Source: Pecten maximus
Lineage: Eukaryota
Length of the DNA: 64,000 nt
Assembly: GCF_902652985.1 (NCBI RefSeq)
Contig: NC_047022.1
Location: 12,834,001 to 12,898,000 of the forward strand
Direction of reading: 5' to 3'
Below the pieces are notes generated by a model. It made no database searches, was not told the origin of the DNA, and worked only from the letters and a program-made list of their open reading frames with translations. The position numbers and the translations under genes are program-made. The stretch's first letter is position 1, and each line of letters starts with the position of its first letter. Positions 12,214 to 22,700 of this stretch are shown in pieces.

Positions 12214-12376
12214 TTTGAATCTGTGTCGACACTACGTTTGACAGTCGGAAGTTCTCGGCTGTGTTCCAAGCATATCTATGGTCACATACGAGAAGTTTCG
12301 AGTGTGATCATGAGCGACTAAACATAAAAACGAAAGACGTTCTGGGCGCCACATACAAGTTACTGTGAACGTTTTG
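12214..12376. promoter_or_regulatory. Putative bidirectional promoter for GPATCH3/SLX1 with SLX1 non-coding first exon
   Basis: ETS/GABP motif CGGAAGT at 12246-12252; plus-strand donor TG|GTAAGA at 12377 and acceptor TTTCAG at 13465-13466 upstream of the SLX1 ATG. The TSS itself is not visible. Confidence 0.55.
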
Positions 12377-12912
12377 GTAAGACTTCAGTTTAAATAGATA
12401 CACACAGATACAGTAGACCTGCTAAATCATCAGGCAATATATCCTTTCGATAATTAGTAGTTCTAGCGATATCATTATTTGTGACAACAATTCAAATGAT
12501 AAATATCTCATTCTGGAATTAATTTATAGAAAATGTACAGTAGTCTGTAGATACCTTTATAAGTTTATTTAACATAAAGACTTGTGTTTTAAATGAAGAT
12601 ATCTGCATTGGAAATATGGATGTATTTTTAGATAGAGATGTCTTGAATTGTTCACCAATGGAGACATATATCATTTCAAAAGGATATTACTCTTTAATTC
12701 AGATATTCAATATACACCCTGATGTATACACAAATGTTATAGGAAGGAGTTAAGAAAAATATACCATCTATGCCAGGTTTCGAATAAGTGACCTCTTGCT
12801 GTTGAGGCAAACATCATACCACTAGTCTAAAGGTATATTCTTGCTAGCCTGACCTAGTAAGGTGGCGTATATTATCCACTTCTAATCACTATTCCCTCTT
12901 TCACGAAGTCTT

Positions 12913-13155
12913 AATGTGACCGGGTGGGGTGTCCTGCTGGGTGTCTTCGGCAGTATGCTTCAGTGAGGTAGCACTATATAAATCAGCAAAAATTCCGGCC
13001 TATCACAAGGAGACTTAACATGAACATAAACCAGCCTCCCAAACACACATACATGTACGCACTCAACACACGCATGCATTTTGCACGCACGGGAGGCCGT
13101 CCTTAAATGACCTTAGCTGTTAATAGGACGTTAAACCAAATAAACCAAACCAAAC
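12913..13155 (+). mobile_element. 5'-truncated SINE family B (Meta-domain-like core) sharing its 3' tail with family A
   Basis: Core GCAGTATGCTTCAGTGAGGTAGCACTATA; tail GTCCTTAAATGACCTTAGCTGTTAATAGGACGTTAAACC(AAACC)n is nearly identical to the family A tail. Confidence 0.75.
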
Positions 13156-13555
13156 TTTGCCCCTGAAAACCATCACAAGAGCTAGTAGATGATATATACT
13201 CTCCATTTATTCACATATGTCAGAAATGATTAGGTAAAAATCCAAACTGCTTGCAATTTAAATGTATGCAAACATACAGATCTTTACTTCTTTTTATCAT
13301 ATTTAACTTAAATTTGTGCAGAAGTATTATTAATGGACTGTCCATATAAGTAATACTCATGTACCACAAGTATTTTAATCTAGGCGAATTTTCTGATACA
13401 GTTTGTAGTGGTACTTTGATACTTTACAGTTGTATATCCATTTTTTTTCTTAAATATTCATTTCAGAATTAAAAGATGAAGTTAAGATCTAAAGACATTA
13501 TCTTCGAGGGATAATTGATGAGTTGTATTACACATGCTGATTTTGAAAAATTATA

Positions 13556-13728
13556 ATGGCAGAGGCCATTGAGAGATTCTTTGGAGTTTACCTGTTATAC
13601 AATGTCAATCCAAAGTTCAAAGGAAGGACTTACATCGGCTACACAGTCAACCCTAACCGTCGAATACAGCAGCATAACAAAGGCAAACAAGCTGGAGGAG
13701 CGTGGAGGACACATGGACGTGGGCCATG
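13556..13728 (+). CDS. SLX1: SLX1 coding exon 1
   Basis: GIY-YIG N-terminus; TG|GTACAA donor. Confidence 0.92.
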
Positions 13729-16700
13729 GTACAATCTCTTGAATAAGTTGACTGCATGTACATGTAGAGTAGCAGCTGTTGCCCTATAGTCTGATACACA
13801 GGGATTTGGCACAAATTGATATTTTCAGACTAGGATTAGGAATTTGATCGATTGAGGATAAATATGGTATTTATTGGTATCTAAATATTTTAAAAAATTC
13901 ACTATGTGTGATACAAAACCTACTGAAGCCTATTCAGTGGATTGGTGGGCTTATCACTTCAGATTTATATTTAATACTGCGGATGAAACCAAGGAGACTA
14001 TGGTATAGGTTTCCTCCCCCTCATGTATGATAAAGAACCATATAATATCTCAGACAAGTTTGAGTTTCAGGGTTTTTGGGTCAAGGTCAAGGTCAAGTTC
14101 ACTTACTATTTTTAGCACGGGCTGGTAGGGACATGTATTGCTTTAACAATACCCAATTTTGCTTGTTAAAAATAGTGATAATCTTTTGGCCTGTAATATC
14201 TGAAAAAAAAATGAAATAATTAATAAGTATAAACAACATGTACAACAATTTCAAGAAATTTTTACTTAAATTTATCAGATAAAATAATTAGATTTATCCA
14301 AAAAGAGTTTTAAAAAAACAACCATGATACTTGTTCTATATGAGAATAGCATGTTCTATTCCTCACAATGAGAGGTAAACTATGAAATCAAAGATAACAG
14401 ACAAAAAGATTTATTACGAAAAGAATATTCTATATTGATGTTTTATGTTCAACAATTTCTTGTTAATGAGTCAGATGATATAAGTTTGGTTGAATTTACT
14501 GTGTGTTTATGTAGGCGATTTGAAATCACATCTTATTCTAATGCCAACAATTCTTTTGTTTTTTTTAGGGAAATGGTTCTGATTATCCATGGATTCCCAA
14601 ATGATATATCAGCTCTCCGGGTATGGCAATTCTTCAAGTGTTCTTTTTTAACTTCAAATTAATTAATTACAGTTGCATTAAGTCACATTGAAATGTATAT
14701 TTTCTCTAAATGTGGTTATATGCATGTAGTTTAACAAGTTGTAACTTATATAAATAGAAAAGGTGGCAATATTCATGTAGTTTAGCATATTGTGACTTAT
14801 AAGGTGGCAATATTCATGTAGTATAACATATTGTATTTTATATAAATAGAAAAGGTGAAATTTACTTTAACACTTTTGAAAAAATAATGAACAATAAACA
14901 CATATTTAAAATACACCATAAAAATTTCAGCTCAAATTGGTCATTGTGATGATTACATAGAAATTACTTGATTGAAGTTTTACTTCCAGAAAACAACATA
15001 TTTGTGCTTTATTTTACTGGCATTTTTTTGCATTATGTGTTAACAATATTATGGATATGTCTCTTTAGTTTGAGTGGGCATGGCAGAATCCACAGAAGTC
15101 CCGGCGACTTCGACACTTAGTTGGAAAAAGGAAAAAAGAGACACCTTTCCTGTACCGTTTTCGTATTGTCTCTGAGATGCTTCGTCTTGGACCATGGAAT
15201 CGTTTTGCATTAACAGTTCGCTGGCTAAAACAAAATTATGTACAGGATTTTGCTCCTGATTGTCGACCACCAATACACATGCCAATAGTATACGGACCTG
15301 TCAAGATAAAGACATTGGCTAAGGACAACAAAAAGAAGGGGAAAAAGAGCCGTAAAGGATCCAACAACAGCAGTCCTTTAAAACAATCCCAGATGTCCGA
15401 AGAAGATGATATTGGCCAGTTGGCTCTTCCAAGTCAGCAGAGATGTTCAGTGTGTTTCAAGCGTTTACATGTAAGTTAGAGTTTTCTCTGCAGAAAGTCC
15501 AATAGTTTGATAGTTGCAAAGACCAAAAGTGAACCAAGGCTAGATATTCGTAATCCTTTTGACTACAGGCGAGTATATGCCTTTTCATATACCCTTCCAA
15601 ACATAACCTGAGTATTCTGCCGGTCATCCGACATTAACTTTTATTTGTTAGGAGATTATTACATTTTTCATTCGATCTCTTTAAACATTGAAGGTTTCAT
15701 AATCATGATATATACTTGTGTTTTCTAAGACGGAATCTTCATTCGACTATTTTTGAAAAAGTTACTGCCCTTTTTTTATTTAAGTACACATATTTGAATC
15801 TTATCTGAAGATGTCCCACATCTATAAACAGGTCTGTTTGAAACTTGGCAGGCCAGGTTAGACATATGATAATACATCTTTGTGTATCCCCAAAAATATC
15901 TCCAGTTGTCAACAAATACAAAACTCCATAAATGTGAACATCAGCCAATCAGTAGCCTTTGAATAGACCTTAGTATATAAGATTTGAGCATAACATTTCG
16001 GTGACAAATGACCAGTACAGCAGCAATGTAAACTTAAGTTATATGTACAAATTGTAAACAGATTGACTGATTTTTTTTTTGCCACCACTGTAATTTTTAT
16101 ACACTGAGGTGGAAAACGGTATACAGGTCAATATGGCTATAGGCTGGTGAGAAGTTAATTTTGCTACTATGTGTAGAAGTGAATTTGGCTAACCTGGCCA
16201 TAAAAGTGTGAGAGCCTATAGGCCCCCTCGTCCCAGTTTAGAACTGGCCTTCACTAAAGGATTCTTCAGATCTACTACAGATCTTATCCTCTCATTCCTT
16301 TAGAAGCAGAAGGATTTAAAATAATTTGCTATATTTCCCCTATAGGGCTCCACCTCTCCAGCCCCAGTGAGGTCAGATTCACCAGTTGTGCTAAATTTGT
16401 TCCCCTTCTCCCAAGGATGCTTCTGACAAAATTTAGTCAAAATCCATTCACTCTTTCATGACAAGTAGGAATTTAAAGGAATAACTTCTGTTTGCCCGAT
16501 TGGGTCCAGCCCCTTTGACCCCACCGGACTGGAGGTGCTATTTATGCAATATTTGTTCTCTTCATCAAAGGATGCTTCTAACCAAATTCAGTCTGAATAC
16601 ATTCCATCCTTTATGACCAGTAGCAATTTAAATTAAAAATTGACATATGACGGACAAACCCCTGGACAAATAATGCAACGCATTGGCATGAGTTCACTGG

Positions 16701-19700
16701 TCCTCCAGCCCAGGTGAGCTAATAATCAATGGCCACTTGTATTAGATGGGTAGGTAACACATTTATTTGTATATAAATGTGCTTCTTTTTTCGGGGCGAA
16801 AAGACGAGAATTAAGGTTTGTTAAATTTCGTCATTTTGGGGCGAAAAGACGAGATTTTTAAACATGAAAAGACGAGAATTAAGGTCGTTAATTAGCGTGC
16901 ATTAATTTCGTCTTTTCGCGTATGACTTTTCGTCTTTCTTTCGTCTTTTACGAGCGAAAAGACGAGAATCAAAGTTTGTTAATTCTCGTCTTTTCGGGGC
17001 GAAAAGACGAAATAACGAAATGGCACAAATCAACCACCATACCAAACAGATGCCTTTTACACGTAAATAGGGTTCATGTTTCAACAAAAATAATATAATA
17101 TAATATTGCAAAGCTGAATATATATATGTTCATGACAGAAGATATCTTTGTATTTTACAACATTATACATATGAATCACCTAATATTTAGAGTCTAAAAT
17201 CTGCCATGGTGAAATGAACACCCGGTGCTAAGTCTAAGAGTAGTTCAATGATAAGAAAGAGTCTTTTCAGGCTTGGCTTGTCCCCACACATAGACATGTC
17301 ATTGTCATCTATTCCTGTGATGACACACCCAATACTTTCTTGCATCTGCCTGTAAAATAAGTTATAATTATTTTATAAAATTTTGTAAAAAGCAATTGAA
17401 AAAAAATTGTTACTGTTTGGAGCCACAGGTAGGGGTCAAGGAATTTAGAAGGTACATTGTACGATTGCTACACCAAAGTATGGCCGAAACATTTTATTGG
17501 AGCATAATTTGGAATGAGGTATCCATGAAGGGACGTTAGTGTTGTATAAATTAATGTCATTATGGTTTTTCTGCTTTCCTATACCATGCTTCAGTAAAAA
17601 CAAGAAAAAGGGATTGATTCCTCAGTATTTAAGGGTGAGTAAAGGGAGAGGGGAGGGTTCCAAAGTGTGGAGGGGAGCGAATGGTTCCAAAGGGTGGTGG
17701 GAGGGAATGTTTCCAAAGGATGAAGGGGAGCAGAGGGTTCCAAAGGATGGATGGGAGCTGAGGGTTCCAAAGGATGGAGGGGAGCGGAGGGTTCCGAAGG
17801 ATGGAGGGGAAGGGTGATTCCAAAGAGTGTAACGGGAGGTGGTTCCAAAAGATAGAGGAGAGCAGAGAGTTCCAAAGGATGGAGAGGAGCCGAAGGTTCA
17901 AAGGGATGGAGGAGAGAGGAGGGTTCCAATGGATGGAGGAGAGCAGAGGATTTCAATGGATGGAGGAGAGCAAAGGGTTCCAAAGGGTGGAGGGGAGCGG
18001 AGGGTTTATAAGGATGGAGGGGAGCTGATGGTTCCAAAGTGTGGAGGGGAGCGGAGGGTTCCAAAGGATGGAGGAGAGCAGAGGGTTCCAATTGGATGGA
18101 GGAGAGCAGATGGTTCCAAAGGATGGAGAGGAGAGAGGAGGGTTCCAATGGATGGAGGAGAGCAAATGGTTCCAATGGATGGAGAGGAGCTGAGAGTTCC
18201 AAAGTGTGGAGGGGAGCGGAGGGTTTCAATGGATGGAGGAGAGCAAAGGGTTCCAATGGATGGAGAGGAGCTGAGGGTTCAAAGGGGTGGAGGGGAGCGC
18301 AGGGTTCCAAAGTGTGGAGGGGAGCGATGGGTTCAAAATGATGGAGGGGAACTGAGGGTTCCAAAGGATTGAGGGGAGCGGAGGGTTCAAAGGGGTGGAG
18401 GGGAGCGGAGGGTTCCGAAGGATGGAGGGGAGCAGAGGGTTCCAAAGGGTGGAGTGGAGAAAAGGGTCCGAAGGATAAAAATAATAGGTAATCGTTTTAT
18501 TCCTAATACGTATAAATTGTACAGGGATTACAATGTGTTTTGTTTTTACGGAGATCAATGTTTATATTTTTCAAGTTTGACTTTTGAATTCCAATAGCTG
18601 ATATTCAGTTAATTCATTTAGAAGAGCAGAGTTAGTTGCAAAATGAAACTTTTGTTCAGATAAACGTCACTACCAACTTTTGATATTATATATATAATAT
18701 ACATTCACACAGTTTTTCTCTCACTAAAATGAAATGCTTATGATTATAATACTTGTAATTCATTATTTAATAAATCATGAGTGATTAAATGTATAACCTC
18801 TGGTAGATAGCTGGTCCTTCTTCCAAACCCGTAGTCCTGTCTACTGCGAGAAAAGGACAGGTCAAAATTATAGCAATCAGGTTATCCATACAAGGACTTG
18901 TCCATGAAGAAATAGTCACCGACTCAAAGTTGGTTGTTACTGAAGAGAGAAAATCAAATATGTGTATTCATCATGTTTTAATTAATGAAGAATTTTTTGG
19001 TAATTGATCGAAGCAAAATCTGAAGACTAACTTAAGCTGAAGATGGATATTGCAATATTTTGTTTTGGAAAGGTAGCGGCCACTTCGTGGAACAGCTTAT
19101 AAATTCTTATCAGGAAGACCAAAACCCTGGCCAAATTCATGAAGGAGGATAAAACTGACTTGTTTCTGTGTGTTTTAGAGTCTCTTGCAGACGTCTTGTA
19201 CACATTATCATCTAACTGCTCGAGTTGACAAAGGTTACCCATGTTCTGTACATTGTATAACGCTTGAACTAAAATTAATTATTATATTATGTAATGTGTG
19301 AAACGCATAAGAGTAATTTTACAAATCAGATACATAGTGCACTATATACATGTAAGTGTTGTATATAATTTATTATTATCTATTATATAGATGATTTCAA
19401 TGACGAAGTCAGTAAAGATGATAGTTACACTGTCGACCAGAGACAGCAATATTTATAATGATTTAATTATATTCAACTGGTGATCAATCAATCACAATTA
19501 CTTACAGTTCGTGAAGAAAGCGGTTACTTCACCATCCCTTGTACACAATCCTCCGTACACACTGATTATGTTCGTCACTGCTTCACTATTGAAGCATGAT
19601 GCCACAATAGGGGTATTTCGTGTTAGGGTTCTAATTGATGTTGCTATGCCACTGTCAAAGAAAGAAGTAAGAAAATATTTTATTGAAACAAAATGTTTTT

Positions 19701-22700
19701 TTCTCAATTTGTTCGAACTGTTGTTTATATAAAATCAACAGTACTTATCGACAGATGTTCTTGAAAGGATTGTACAGAGGACACAATTTATTATCAGCAC
19801 TTGATTTAGTAATAGATGCAGTATACACTATGCCGAATAATGGATGTTGATCTAGAAATGTAGCAGCTGTTTCATATTCATCAGTGATAACTTTACTAGC
19901 TATAAGGTCATCGTTCTTTGAAATGACGTTTAGTTTAACAGTATTTGTATGGCAGAAAGTTTTGCAACAACAAGCATTTTAAAACAATGTATGTGGGGGA
20001 TTCGAAAACAAGCTGAAACTTATATTAATTCATACCTTTTAAATCCACTAGCACATATTGTAGTTTGACAAATTCTTTCACCAAGTTCTTAACAACGACA
20101 AGTGACAGCCAAGGTTAAGCTGCATTAGTATGATAACTAAATATGCCATACCGACATACATCTGCCATCTCTGTACGAAGAATGTCACCAGTTATCGGGC
20201 TTTGTCGGAAAAGGTTATTGACGAAGATGTCGACTTGTGGTGTAGTTTCCCTCTGTATAACTCGTTTAAATAATCGGTACGTGTTGCATTCTGTCCTGTC
20301 GATTTGGCGCCGGAACATGAATTCTGATAGTGGTGTCCTGTGTGGGTACCCAGACGTCCCAGTGGAGAGACAGGTTACAGCAAACATCACTAAAACAGAC
20401 ATACTATGAATATACATCTGGTTTATGCATTGCTTTTAATTTTTCATTCAAAAATGTATAGGAAAAATGTGCCTTAATTGTCGCTTACCATAGTAGAGTA
20501 GGTGCTTTACAATAGCTGCAATTTTATGGAAAATTTGGTTCAGTTTTTGGTTTATTTGGTTTAACGTCCTATTAACAGCCAGGGTCATTTAAGGACGTGC
20601 CTGGTTTAAGAGGTGGAGGAAAGCCGGAGTACCCGGATAAAAAACCACCGACCTACGGTCAGTACCTGGCTAGTGTCGGAACACCTTAACCACTCGGCCA
20701 CCGCGGAATGAGTGACATATTTCTTGTATTTGATGTTTTAATCGAGTGTTGACTAACATGTTATCAGCTGCTTCGATGTTTCATGATGAAGTCATGACTC
20801 ATGAAGTATTTGAATTTCTGATTTCTGTTTATTTCAGATCAGCTAAAGTATTATACATCCAGTTATTCTATAAATAGTATGTTTGGGATATTTTACCTGG
20901 TTTCTCTTTTTCGACACTGTTGTAAGCTTGCAATAGTTCATGGAGGCGCATTTTGGTTGACTACATACTGTTTACTTGTTGTGTGGCATAAAAAGTAGGT
21001 TAAAATGGTTAGGGTGTGCTTATACGTCAAATATGACATGGTGAACAAAGGCCAATTAAATCTGAACGACAGCCATTATATTTTGACAAATTCCTTCCTA
21101 TGCATACGTTTAAATTAAAAATATTGATGAAACCGGCCCCGGAAGAAAATATAATGTCTAAAGCAAATATGTATATAGTGTTATGGTTCCGACTCGTACA
21201 ACTTTGTTGTGATTGATACCTTGCTTTTGATTTGTGTATTTATTCTTTTATTGGTAAATGCAAGACGGCAGTTTTACATGGTTCGTTTGATAGGTCGAAA
21301 AATAATTTTCTAAAACAATATATTTGTAACTTTTCACTTCATATACAGAAATAAGAAAGAAAACAGGGAATTTCAGTAAATGGTATATCAAGCTAATCCA
21401 GCGATGTTACACGATTACATGGCGAGAAACCTATGGCGGGCGTCTTCGGTTGACATATTAGATAATTAGCTGGATACCTTTAGCTGGTCGAAGTAACATC
21501 AAACGTATTTTGTAACTTTTATAACCAATAGTTTCAGTAATCGTTGATAACTAGCACGATCACAAGATCATGTGACAGATTTGATAAGATTTAGAAGCAA
21601 TAGCTATATAGTTACAAATATGTTATACCGTTAGGAGTTGATGCGGCTTTGTATGCATGAACATTGTAAATATACTTATTTTTTTACCATAGCTGATTAT
21701 AGTTGTCACTGTTAATATACTTACCATAGCTGATTATAATGTCATTACAAATATACTTACCATAGCTGATTATAGTTGTCATTGTAAATATACTTACCAT
21801 AGCTGATTATAATTGTCACTGTAGATATACTTACCATAGCTGATTATAATTGTCACTGTTGATATACTTACCATAGCTGATTACAGTTGTCATTGTAAAT
21901 ATACTTACCATAGCTGATTATAGGTGTCATGTCAGATTTCAAACATATAGCAAACATGTAAATGTGTGGCAGATTCTGTATTCATCCAGAGAACTTTAAA
22001 CAGTTGAATTGCTGCCTTGTTAATGGAGGAACCTATAAGCTGAAACTGTCGTGGTTGTATCGCCCTGTGTATATGAATGTTTAACAGTCACAACTATCCC
22101 TGAATCACACGACTGCGTTAAACGGCGCCCCATACATGAATTCCATACTCTGAACACTCAAATTAGTAACATTACTGAAATATTTATCATTGCAAAACAA
22201 AAGGCATATCCCTAGCTAGAGATTAATAACTGATTGTGACAGTATAGGACATTACGCCTCTCGCCTAGGAGTTTAGGCCCTTTAGCATCACAGACAAGTC
22301 CTCAAGGACCGAAATAGCTGTATGATGTATTTTAATTCATTTGCTGCTTCGTTGTACCTAACTTTAAATTTGTATTTAAAGATGCTAATACATCGCGTGT
22401 CTCTTTTACAGTCCTTGTTTTTAGAATCACAAACACAAATTAACATATTCAAACAATGTCCACGTTTAAACACAATATTTTTGAATAAAAAAGCAACAAA
22501 AATATTAACACCTAATTGTATTATCTGTACACCATAGTGCTTTTAATGTCTTTACTGTTCTGTTCGATGAGACAATACCATATGTTTACCAAAACTGACA
22601 TTTTGTAACAATTGTGACTAGTACATGTATATAGGTTCGTCTTTAATATAAATACCCTTGATGTATTATGTATAAAACCCATGTTTCAAAATTTTAGTTC

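Noticed and set aside
17539-18558. Pro-rich and Gly-rich ORFs up to 284 aa
   Set aside because: Translations of a 27-bp intronic minisatellite on both strands.
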